From NCBI RefSeq assembly GCF_009914755.1, contig NC_060943.1: a stretch of 64,000 nt of DNA. One strand, written 5' to 3'. The position numbers and the translations under genes were made by a program. The DNA comes from the human T2T-CHM13v2.0 reference genome, Homo sapiens. Of the stretch, positions 47,115 through 64,000 are shown piece after piece (position 1 is the stretch's first letter; every line of letters starts with the position of its first letter). A model generated the notes under the pieces. It made no database searches. It was not told the DNA's origin and saw only the letters and a program-made list of their open reading frames with translations.

Positions 47115-49822
47115 CTAAATATCTATGCATCCAACACAGCAGCACCCAGATTCATAAAAGAAATTTGTAAAGACCTTCAAAGAGACTTAGACTCCCACAC
47201 AATAATAGTGGGAGACTTTAATACCCCACTTACAATAGTAGACAGATCATCAAGACAGAAAATTGACTAAGATAATCAGGACCTGAACTCAGCACGATAG
47301 ATATCTACAGAACTCTCCACACCCCCAAACCAGAATTTACATTCATCTCATCACCACATGGCACATGCTCTAAATTCAATCACATAATTGGAAGCAAAAG
47401 ACTCCTCAGCAAATTCAGTTTGTTACAACTGAAATTGGCACAAACCACTCTCTGACCACAGCATAATCAAATTAGAAATCGAGACTAAGAAACTCACTTA
47501 AACTCATACAATTACATGGAAATTAAACAACCTGCTCCTGAATGACATCAGGGTAAATAATGAAATTAAGGCAGAAATTAAGAAGTTATTACAAGCTAAT
47601 GGGAGCAAAGATACAACATGCCGGAATCTCCGGGACACAGCTAAGGGGGTATTAAGAGGAAAATATATAGCACTAAATGTCCACATCACATTAGTTGTGA
47701 TGACCTAACATCACAACTAAAAGAACTAGAGAACGAAGAGCAAACAAACCCCGAAGCTAGCAGAATACAAGAAAGAACCAAAATCTGAGCTGAACTGAAG
47801 GAGATTGGGTTCCTTCACACACAAAAAAATCATTCAAAAGATCAGCAAATCCAGGAGCTGGTTTTTTGAAAAAAATAATAAAATAGACTGCTAGCTAGAC
47901 TAATTGAAAAAAGAGAAGACTCGAATAAACACAATCACGAATGACACGGGGAATATTACCATTGACCCCAGAGAAATACAAACAACCATCAGAGAATATA
48001 ATGAACCCGTGTATGCACATAAACTAGAAAATCTAAAAGAAATGGGTAAATTCTCAGACACGTGCAGCCTCCCAAGACTGAACCAGGATGAAATTGAATT
48101 CCTCAACAGACCAATAATGAGCCTGAAATTGGTTCAACGTACACAAATCAATAAACAGATTCATCACATAAACAGAACTAAAACAAAAAACCACATGATT
48201 ATATTAATGATGCAGAAAAGCCTTCTGATAAAATTTAACATCACTTCTTGTTAAAAACTCTAATTAAACTAGGTATTGAAGGAACATACTTCAAAATAAT
48301 AAGAGCCATTTATGACAAGCCCACAGCCAACATCATGCTGAATGGGCAAAAGCTGAAAGCAATCCACTTGAAAACTGGCACAAGAATGCCCTCTCTCACC
48401 ACTCCTATTCAACAGTATTGGAAATACTAGGCAGGGCAATTGGGCAAGAGAAAAAAATAAGGCGTATTCAAATAGGAAGAGAGGAAGTCAAACTATCTTT
48501 GCTGCAGATGAAATGATCCTGTATCTAGAAAACATCAACCCAAACATCAACCTGAGATCTTCTTAAGCTGATAAACAACATCAGCAAAGACTCAAGATAC
48601 AAAATAAATGTGCAAAAATCACTAGCATTTATATACCAATAACAGTCAAGTTGAGAGCCAAATCAGGAATGCAATCTCATTTACAGTTTACACACACACA
48701 CACAAACACACACACACAATACCTAGGAATACAGCTAACTAGGAGGGTGGACAATTTCTTCAAGGAGAACTATAAAACACTGCTCAAAAAATTAGAGATG
48801 ACACAAACAGATGGAAAAATATTCCATGATCATGAATAGGAAGAATCAATATCTTAAAAATGGCCATAGTGCTCAAAGCCATTTATAGATTCAGTAATAT
48901 TTGTATTAAGTTATCATTGAGATTCTTCACAGAACTAGAAGAATCATATGGAACCAAAAGTTTTAAATTTAAAAATTCATATGGAACCCAAAAAGAGCTC
49001 AAATAGTCAAGGCAAGCCTAAGCAAAAACAAAAACCGAAAACCAAAGCTGGAGGCATTATGTTACCTGACTTCAAACTATACTACAGGGCTACAGTAACC
49101 AAAACAGCATGGTACTGGTACAAAAACAAACACATAGACCAATGGAACAGAATAGAAAACCCAGAAATAAAACCACACACCTACAACTATCTGATCTTTA
49201 GGAAACCTGACAAAAAAAAAGTGATGGGGAAAGGATTCCCTATTCAACAAACTGTGCTGGGATAACTGGCTATCCATATGCAGACAATTGAAACTGGACC
49301 CCTTCCTTACACCATATACAAAAAAACTAACTCAGGATGGATTGATTGATGGATGTAAAACCTAAAACTATAAAAACCTGGAAGACAACCTAGACAATAC
49401 ATTCAGGACACAGGCACGGGCAAAGATTTTATGACTAAAATGCCAAAAGAAATTGCAACAAAAGCAAAAATTGACAAATGAGATCTAATTAAACCAAAGG
49501 GTTTCTGCACTGCAAAAGAAACTGTAAACAGAGTAAACTGACAATCTACAGACTGGGAGAAAGTTTTTGCAAACTGTGCATCTAACAAAGGTCTACTCTC
49601 CAGTATCTTTAAGGAACTTAAACCAATTTACAAGAAGAAAACAAACAACCACATTAAAATGTGGGCAAACGACATGAACAGACGCTTTTCAAAAGAAGAC
49701 ATACATGTGGCCAACAATCATATAAAAAAAGCTCAACATCACTGATCATGAGAGAAATGCAAATCAAAACCACAATGAGATACCATCTGATACCTGTCAG
49801 AATGGCTATTATTAAAAAGTCA
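47115..49822 (+). mobile_element. Old L1 ORF2 fragment with internal deletions
   Basis: Degenerate EN-to-C-terminal ORF2 peptides, e.g. [36 protein letters not shown]. Confidence 0.9.
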
Positions 49823-50558
49823 AGGGACACATGTTCTCAGGACCTCCTGAGTGCTGATCACTCATATTTGGCTCAGAAAAATCTCTTCTAATATATTACA
49901 GAGTTTGACTCTTTTTGTCCACAATAATTTGGTGCCTGAACACGTGAGGCCTCAGATAAGACTCAGGACCCCAAAGGAGTTGTCTCAACCTGGAGCTAAG
50001 GTACCAGCAGGGGCCCACTGAAAGCCTCCAGGATTTTGAGCTTCTTCTCTGCCAGAAGTGGTAAGTCCTCCTGAGCCCCGACCTCCCTTTGGTTGACGGC
50101 CCTTTATTTATTCTGATCTACTATTTCTTTTTCTTTCTAGGAAGTTGTTGTTTAAGGATCCTACTTCTAGTTGGGAGATACATTCTAAAGGGTCTTCTCC
50201 ATTGCTTTTCTCCCCAAATTAATCTCGATTTGGCTTGTCTGTTCACATTTGCATGAGGAACTGAACTGTTGTTTTCATAGGGAAACGAGAGACTGTGTTT
50301 CCTCAGCTTAAAAAAGAAAGGGCATTTTGCTCCTCCCAGCCAAAATGTGGGAAGTGATGAGGGGTGCTTGTGGGAATGTCTGGGGGTGGGTGGACCCCAT
50401 CGTGATGTGAGTGGCCTACAGGGAACACCCAACAAAATGAGTTTTAAAAAGGCTTGTCCAGGAAGCACATATGGGAGCTGGTCACTCTGCATTTTGGGCC
50501 CTCCTGGAGGTGTTTAGACCTTCCGAGAGAGAAACTGAGACACATGAGAGGGAAGAAA

Positions 50559-50660
50559 TGACTCAGTGGTGAGACCCTGTGGAGTCCCACCCACAACCAG
50601 CACACTGTGACCCACTGCACAAACCTCTAGCCCACAGCTCACTTCCTCCTTTAAGAAGAG
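50559..50660 (+). promoter_or_regulatory. LILRB1: LILRB1 distal (lymphocyte) promoter
   Basis: AP-1 site TGACTCA at 50559-50565, Ets site CACTTCCT at ~50640, TATA-like TTTAAGAA at 50650-50657. Confidence 0.75.
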
Positions 50661-50679
50661 AAGAGAAAAGAGGAGAGGA

Positions 50680-50854
50680 GAGGAGGAACAGAAAAGAAAA
50701 GAAAAGAAAAAGTGGGAAACAAATAATCTAAGAATGAGGAGAAAGCAAGAAGAGTGACCCCCTTGTGGGCACTCCATTGGTTTTATGGCGCCTCTACTTT
50801 CTGGAGTTTGTGTAAAACAAAAATATTATGGTCTTTGTGCACATTTACATCAAG
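50680..50854 (+). other. LILRB1: LILRB1 distal non-coding exon 1 (start approximate)
   Basis: Matches the recalled 5' end of LILRB1 mRNA (GAGGAGGAACAGAAAAG...CACATTTACATCAAG). It has a strong donor AAG|GTAAGA and lies ~13 kb upstream of the proximal promoter. Confidence 0.85.
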
Positions 50855-51054
50855 GTAAGAGAGCCCTAATGGCAGCTTGCACGCTATAGAGTTCCTAAGT
50901 TCTCTCTTTCTCTATTTTCTTTTCTGCCTGCTTTACATCTGCTGTTACCTTTCTACTGAGATAAAAACCACTGTTTAGATCCAAATTTTTTTTGCAAGCT
51001 GGTAAATTTATATTAATATCTCATGGCTAGAGTTTTGAAGTAAAAGCTACAGGA

Positions 51055-51105
<51 letters not shown>

Positions 51106-51276
51106 TGTGTTTAAAAGCCTTTATGATAGATTTCTATAATTTTATGTTTAATTGGCAGTGAACCCATTTTAATTTCCCTCTAACACACCAGACTTCTTCC
51201 TCTGTACTTTGAGATGTAAGTTTTGCTGATTTTTTCTCCTAAAAAGTGTTTCCTGTAACATGGAAATTTAGGGTTA

Positions 51277-51759
<483 letters not shown>

Positions 51760-54289
51760 TCACTACTAAAAATATACAAAAGAGCTCTAATTAATTGGCT
51801 TAAAGAGAATAAAAGTGCTTAAATCAAATACTTTATCAGGACAAGATGCTTCTTCAAGTTCACTTAAGTAAAATCTTTAATAAATAAGCTGGCTTTAAAA
51901 TTATTGGTAAAATAAGATTAGAAATGTCTTAAGAATTGTTAGCATTTTTGTTTGCACTTATTGCACAAGTGGTTTTGTGCTTATCCCTGCAGAATAGTAT
52001 AAGATTTTCCATAAGGGTTATAAAACTATAAACCTGGCCGGGCACGGTGGCTCACGCCTGTAACCCCAGCACTTTGGGAGGCCGAGGCTGGTGGATCACC
52101 TGAGGTTGGGAGTTCAAGAGCAGCCTGACACACACAAAACAAAATTATAAACCCAGCCCAAAACAGAATGATCTTTGCTTGTATAATTTTTAATAAATAA
52201 GCCATGTAATATTGTTGGTTAAATAAAAACAGCTAACTACTGAGATATTGGTTAAAAAAAATAACTTTATATTTAACCATAAGTTTCCTTACTTAGGTAA
52301 ACACCTGAAATTCATAGTTTATAACATTGGTTAACAGGGAATTAACTTTAAGTGATGACTGTCACAGTGTTCATAAATAATCTAGGTAAACTATTAAATA
52401 AGTTTATCAAGTAAATGCAATGGAATAAATGCCTATAAACAAACTTGTCACATAATTTACAATCTAAAGTTATATTAAATAATAGATATTAATTGACTAG
52501 CTGGGTAATTTATAATTTAAAAATTACAGGAAAACATTTTTAAAAAACAATTCTTATTAAAAGATAAATATCTGTGTTTAATTCAAAGCTTTTTTAAAAG
52601 TTATGTATAAAACAAGATAAATGGAAACAGGAAATAAGAGATGTAAAGACAGTTATAAATATAAAGAGGAATTTTGGTAAAAAAGATGAAAAGGAAAGTA
52701 ATTTTACACAAGAAAGTCTTATGTAGTGAATTTTTGTCCTGAAATAAAATAACTGATAGTTCAAGAAAGAGGGATATTTAGGACAAAACAGGCAGTTTAA
52801 GCATGTTGTAAGTGGTCTCTGTAAGTCACAATAAGACTTTTTTTAAAAAAAGAAAGGTAGTGTAATGTAGTTGGTTATGATTAAGAAATATAATAGTCAT
52901 TCTACAGATGGGTCTTTGATATTTAAAAAACACACCCTAATCCAAAACTAAATAATTGGTTAAAACAAGGTTTTAGTAAAATATTAACTTATTCTTAATG
53001 CAAAAAGTTTTTAATTTTTAAATTCTATAATCTGTCTTTTTGAAATTCTTCCAATGAATATATCAAAGTTCAGCTTTTTCTCTTTTGAAAGGCCTTGGAT
53101 GATAGCTCTCTCCTTCACCTTGTGTTGGCTTCTGTAACTTTTATTAATTATCTAAAGTAAGAGAGGAATTTTTATTTAAAAACAGAAAAATGAAATATCC
53201 TTTAGACCTGCTTTTTTTATTCTGTATGCCTGTTATATCTGTATCTTCATATGTGTTATCTGGAAGTGATATTTCACTACCAAACTACATGAAACAGCTC
53301 ATCAGTTGTCTTTTTTAAAAAAAAGTAAGTGCTTATCAGATTGGCAGACACTAGCTAAGATGCCTTTGAATTCACCTGATTTTAATATTTAGTAAAATTA
53401 ATTTAGTAAATTTAATCTTAAAACTCTCTCCAGTAATTAGAGCTATGTTATGTTAAACCTCGTTTTTTTTTTTTTTCACTTGAAATTTGGGTTACTAAAT
53501 TAAAATAGTAGGAGTATAAAATGTTTTTGGTGATGCATATAAAACACAAGGATATAGGTTTTGCAAAAAAAAAAGTAGGTTTTTTTCTAGTTAAGAAACT
53601 ATTTAAGAGTTGCTTTAAAATGAAGAAAAAATTACGGAGATAAAACTAAATAAAAAGAACAATTTAGCCAGGACAACAAAAGTTAACTCTGAGACCTGTG
53701 ATTACCAAGAAGATAGTTGATATAGAGGAAGGGCAAAAACAAGTAACTATTAAAACCAGAGGGTATAATGCAAAGGAATTGTTCTGCTTTTTAGATTGTT
53801 ATAATCAGTTTCTTAAAAATAATCTATGTGGTAGATTGTAAAAAATAACCACTTTAAGGGCCAAATTCTTAATTTTTTTTTTGAGATGGAGTCTTGCTCT
53901 GTTGCCCAGGCTGGATGGAGTGCAGTGGCGTGATTTCGGCTCACTGCAAGCTCTGCCTCCCAGGTTCACGCCCACATTCTTAATTTTAAATGCTTCAGAA
54001 TTTAAGAGCTTGTTTGGATTGATGCAGGACCCGTAGCTCACTATTAAACAATCACTAATGAGTATATGAGATCCAAATGCACAGGAGGTTATTCCAGAGA
54101 GAACAACCAGCTTAGTGGACCAGACAAACGCCACTGAAAGGTCTGTTGGCCCTGAGAAGGGGACTAGCCAACTCTCCCTATAAAACACCAAGTGCAGCAT
54201 CCCAGATGAAGCAGTGAATATGCTTTGTATGCGAGCCAGGTGGGGCTGGTGTATGAAGCATATGAACCAAGTAACCATTAAAATCAATC

Positions 54290-59084
<4,795 letters not shown>

Positions 59085-59085
<1 letters not shown>

Positions 59086-59503
59086 CAATCTTTCCCTTTG
59101 TTAAGGAGCCTCTCACTCACTCACCCCTTCCCCGTGTTAGGGAGCCTCGCACTCACTCACCCCTTCCCCGTGTTAGGGACCCTCTCACTCACCCCTTCCC
59201 CGTGTTAGGGAGCCTCGCACTCACTCACCCCTTCCCCGGGTTAGGGAGCCTCGCACTCACTCACCCCTTCCCCATGTTAGGAAATCTCTCACTCACTCAC
59301 CCCTTCCCCGTGTTAGGGACCCTCTCACTCACTCACCCCTTCCCCGTGTTAGGGACTCTCTCATTCACTCACCCCTTCCCCATGTTAGGAGCCTCTCACT
59401 CACTCACCCCTTCCCCGTGTTAGAGAATCTCTCACTCACTCACCCCTTCCCCGTGTTAGAGAATCTCTCACTCACTCACCCCTTCCCTGTGTTAGGAGCC
59501 TCT
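59085..59503 (+). repeat. 36-bp minisatellite, ~11-12 copies, in LILRB1 intron 1
   Basis: The unit is ctcactcactcaccccttccccgtgttagggagcct; it produces the LTHPFPVLGSLA-repeat ORFs. Confidence 0.96.
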
Positions 59504-61375
59504 CCTGGCTCCCACCTTTTCTCTTCTCTTCTTTCCATGTCCTCATGTTTCTCAGGTGAACCCCAGCATCCTCTTGGAAGATCCACTTGACCTGTTGGTA
59601 TTTACTCACTATTTTGGGTCCTCTTAGTGAGTAGGCAGACTCCAGCCCTTTCCATTCAGCCAACTTGAACCTCAGCCCACAATCATTTTCTTGTCACTTT
59701 TTACTCTTGGGAAATCCGGTCCCAATGTGCTTGTCTTTCATTTGAGAATAATTTTCATTTTCTCCAGTAGTTTTAAAATTACTTTGTATCTATTCTAGGT
59801 ATCTTTTACTCTATCATAGTTAAGACATTGATGTTATTTATTAATTTGTTCACATTAAACTCATGTTCTTTCTTCATTTCTGTAAAAATGTCAACCATTT
59901 TCTTTGCAATATTTACTGAATAACGTACTCCTTATTTCCTTCATTCTGAAAGTGTGATCCATAGAGAGATACCTGTTTCCTCTTCTCATTCCATTTCTTG
60001 TGTGCATTAATTATGTTTTCTACTTTATTCATTTCTAGTTTTTCTCTGATGACTAATGAAAAATTTAATAGATATTCCACACCAATACTATGCTCATCAT
60101 TTCAGCTGTGTCTTGTTCTTATGCAATTATTTCTAAATGTGTTGATATGATTTACTATTTTTCACCTCACAGTAGCTTCCTAATTCATTTCTATAATTGC
60201 CTGTTTTTTCTGTAATGGACTTTTTGATTTTTATTTCTCTTGGGTGGGTTTTTCTCCCACACATGTGATCTTCCATACAGTTTCTCCCCGGGCTGACTCA
60301 GGAAGGAAAGCTGATGAGGAGCATTGCTGTGGTCACTCCTGCCCTGCGGTGTCCATGCTGCCAAGCTTAGAATCAGCTCTGTGTTCTGTCCGGCATGGTG
60401 GGGCCCATGTGAGCCTCACACTCACGTGCTAGAGATGCCTGGTCCAGCAGTGATAAAGCGCATCTGTGTCATGCACACCCGGGAAGGTGGCTCAATGCTG
60501 AGTGTGGCCCGGGTCACTGAGGGGAGCTATCCCAGGGTCTGTCCACAAACACAGAAGAGGGAGAACAACAGTCTCTCTAGGGTCCCACGGTTTCCTCCAT
60601 TTTTTGCTTTGTTCTGAGAGAGAGACAAAGTGCCATGACTGCTCTGTGGGTTGGACAGATGCATGCTTTCACCTGCAGGCTGGAACCCAAGCTGAGGTCT
60701 TCAGCATCCCCAAGTACTGATAAAGCACTTTAGGTTGTTTTTAGAAAACACTGAAAAATTAACCCTTTTGCTAAAGAGGTAGAAACAAGCCCTCCCCTCA
60801 ACGAAATTCCTGAAACTCTCAGGTTAAACTTCGTAACCCAATCCCTTCACTGCAGACACCCAATAGGAAAGTCACATGTGCAAGGATGAGATGACTTTGG
60901 TCAAGCTCAGACCCCACAGGGCCAGGAAGGCCTGAAGGAGAGGAGGCCCATGCTTCCAGCTCTCAGATAAGAGCTGCTTCTAAGGACTTTTTAAAAACCC
61001 CACAAGAAACCCTTCCATGTCCTTCACCCCCTCCTGCTTTGACAAGGTTTATCACTAGATATTCTTTAGGATGTCAGGAATTCAGATAAGATGCTCTCGA
61101 GAAAAAACTTGCCCAGCAACGGCATCTCCTCCAATGGACTGACAGCAACTCTGGCTTTGAACCTCTGGAATCAGGGAACTCTGTTTCTAAGCAGCTCTGT
61201 CAGCCTCTCTCTTGTTGCTGATAAGAACTTCCTTTACTTCTGTATGTCAGAGAGCTCTCTCTATGGTGCTTTTCCTCTACTCTCACACCACAGGAATCAT
61301 CCTCACAGAAGAAGACTTCTAGGACCAGATGTGTGGGATTTTTTTTCCTAGACCCAGTAGCGGACGCCAGCTGAG

Positions 61376-61862
61376 TGTTTAAATGCTTCTTCCCCAGTGC
61401 CGTAAACAAATAGCACTTGAACATAAATTTAATTTACTCAGCAAGACCATTTTTATTTTCTGCAGCAAGGGTACACTCACCAGCAGTTTTGCTTCGAGAG
61501 TACACAAAACAAAAGAGACAGGGTCATTTATAACCTGACACGTCCACCCTACTGCTCTGTCCGGTTTCCACTGGCTGGAACAGGACCTCACACTCTGTAT
61601 TTGTCCCGATTGGCTAGTAACTTAGAACTTCTGAAAAGAGGCAAAGGTAGAGCAGAACAAAGGAAGGAGGAAGTAACTTGTGGAATGCTGAGAAAGGTGA
61701 AAACACCTTCAAATAAGGAAGAGGAACAGGCTATGACCTAATGCTTGCTTGGACCAGTATAAGCATGCCAGGGCAAATATTTAGGCTAAATTGTGGGAGC
61801 TAATAACATAAAGTACATTGATTTATTTATCACGGCTAGCAGATATTTGAGAATGTTAGCAT
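61376..61862 (-). mobile_element. LTR10-like solo LTR, present only in the LILRB1 copy of the upstream block
   Basis: ~490-bp insertion relative to the LILRA1 paralog (~25095); family assigned from recall. Confidence 0.65.
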
Positions 61863-62899
61863 AGCTCTGACACTGTCTACCCAGAGACAGTCCCAGATCC
61901 CACAGATTGAATGGTTCAGTCCCCAACACTGCCCCCACACCATTCCCAAGTCCAGACCTCCAGAACTTCTGACTGACTGGCTTCAAGTTGGGGACCCTAT
62001 GACCACCTCTTTGGGTTTGATTAATTTGCTGTAGCAGCTCACAGAACTCAGAGAGACACTGACGTTTCCTGGTTGAATACAAAGCACACTGCAGAGGACA
62101 CAGATGAAGAGACTCATAGGAGGAGGCATGGGGGAAGGGGCGCAGGGCTTCCATACCCTCCCTGGGCATCACCCTCCAGGAGTCTCCACATGCTCAACCA
62201 CCCAGAAACCCACGAAACCCAGTCTTCTTGGGTTTTTATGAAGCTTCATGATGTCAGTATTTCCTCCCACAAGGAACAGGCTGAGACCATCTTCTGGGAG
62301 GGTCTTAAGAGCCACCATCAGAAAGGCAGGGACATTAGAGTCTTGCCTTGGGCAGGTGAAGGAAGGGCAGGAGGAGGTCAGAGGCCTCCCCTAAGGCCTA
62401 ACACAGCCAATGTTATAACAAAAGACTGTAACAAGGGCTATGGAGCTATGAGCCAGGAACCGCAGGTGAAAACCAGTGTGTATCACAACATCACACTTCC
62501 CTCTCCGGACACACTGTGGCTTGCCATGCCATGCACTCCAGATTGTAATCCTTGCTTCTCACTCCCAAATAAACTCAAAATCCAGACAACCCTGGAGCAA
62601 CGCAGCCTTGAATTCCTGGGGTCTCTTATATGCACACTTTTTTCAACCAAACGGGGGTCAAAACTGTAGCATTTGTGGGATGCAAGACTTGTGTATATGA
62701 ACGGCAGACTTTTCCTATATGCAGGCCCAGCAGAGACAATGTCGGGGCTGGAGTACGAGCAGGTGTTGGTGCATGTAGGGGGTACTGAAACGAATTGCCT
62801 GTGTATCCCAAGAAACAACTCTACTGAGAGATCATATTCTCTAGGGGTTTATTTTTGTTTTTATTTTTATTTTAAGTTAAAGCTTCGGGTAGAACACCC

Positions 62900-62971
62900 A
62901 GTGTCTCCTTGTCCATCTGAAGAAGATGCTGCTATGTGGAAGCACATCCTTGAGATCCACAAGGAGACACT
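62900..62971 (-). ncRNA. miR-4752-like hairpin (paralog of the recalled MIR4752 upstream of LILRB2)
   Basis: Perfect 16-bp outer stem cccagtgtctccttgt/acaaggagacactggg (62897-62974). The minus strand at 62941-62962 reads UUGUGGAUCUCAAGGAUGUGCU, as recalled for miR-4752. Expression from this copy is not shown. Confidence 0.6.
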
Positions 62972-63719
62972 GGGCAAGGAGACGAGGGTGCCCCACTGTG
63001 CAGAAGTCTCCCTAATAAATGATCTATGAACACCCTGGTGTTTAGTGCTTCTTTCTTTGGAATCCCAGCAGCTCTGTCACTGGACGGTTTGGTGCACTCC
63101 CTTGAGGGAATTCCCCTGGGCTGCTTGGGGTCCACTCCAGCCTCAGGTGTAGCTGGAGGACGCAGCCTCCCACCTTGGTCTGGAGCCCTGAGCCCCTCAC
63201 TGTCATTGCAGATCCCGAGGTTCCTCTCCTGGCTCCACTCAGTGGTGGAAACCTCCACCCTAATGAGCCCTTGATGGTCCCAGGTCCCTGTGGCATCTCA
63301 CCTGTGGCCTCTGTTCTTTCCTGTGGATCCATCTACACTTGGGAACTTCCACATCTCTTTTTCTGCTCATGACATTGATGCTCTGGGTATTTCAGAAATG
63401 CCCAGATAGATGGACAAATACACGTCCATCTATCCATTAGGGTCAGATGTGAGATCCAGAGTGGACACATCAATCACCTACGTAGACTGTGGAGTCCAAC
63501 GCCAAGATCCTCTTATGTCCCAAACACCTCAGGTCTTACCCTGGTCTGGAAATCAAGCACAAATGAGCCCCTCCTAATGTTCCAGCACCACTGACCGTAC
63601 AACCACTGTCACGAGTGGGATTTGTGACAACAGTCGGCAAAGGAAGAATCTGAGGCTCAGAGATGGTTCATTACCGCCCGAGGTCACGTAGGCAGTGGAT
63701 GATAACCAGTCGTTGAATA

Positions 63720-64000
63720 AATATAACTCCCCCCCAACTCCCCAAATCAAAGCTCAAATATAAGTCATTGTTCCCAAAGCGTTGAACAGGGATTGAGGTG
63801 CAGAGGGACGGCCAAGTAAGCAAAGGGCACCGAGGAGGCAGGAAAGACTCAGAGATTTGTTCCCGGGGGGTGGGGTTGGACACTGTAGCAAAATATTTTA
63901 AAAAGGGGAAGTTAAGAGGGGACTATTTGGTTGAAAGAAAACCCACAATCCAGTGTCAAGAAAGAAGTCAACTTTTCTTCCCTATTTCCCTGCATTTCTC
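63720..64000 (+). promoter_or_regulatory. LILRB1: LILRB1 proximal (myeloid) promoter; the window ends just before the next exon
   Basis: Near-identical to LILRA1 26870-27155; PU.1 motif AAAAGGGGAAGT at 63901-63912. Confidence 0.8.

Overview
Human (primate) genomic DNA from the telomeric LILR cluster of the leukocyte receptor complex, chr19q13.42; the identification is from recalled protein and mRNA sequences. Two complete activating receptor genes lie on the + strand. LILRA2 has CDS exons at 7396-20863 (483 aa) and LILRA1 at 27760-34332 (489 aa). The 5' part of LILRB1 follows: a distal non-coding exon 1 at ~50680-50854 inside an ERV1 remnant, intron 1, and the proximal promoter at the window end. 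Two LILR gene relics are also present: a LILRB-type TM plus cytoplasmic 3-exon remnant fused to ERV-L pol (4568-5191), and a 5' fragment truncated at the D2 acceptor (~40620-42050). The rest is repeat-rich, with ERV-L, MER4-type ERV, solo LTRs, many Alus, two minisatellites and old L1s. A full-length antisense L1PA in LILRA2 carries a nested, 5'-inverted L1HS-Ta insertion. No wholly new biological system is supported. The best leads are the LILRB relic/ERV junction, the ERV origin of LILRB1 exon 1, a miR-4752-like hairpin made by local inversion, inverted repeats around an LILRA1 stalk exon, a poly(A)-signal minisatellite, and a paralog-specific uORF versus N-terminal extension. All coordinates were read by eye, and repeat subfamily names are from recall, not from a search.
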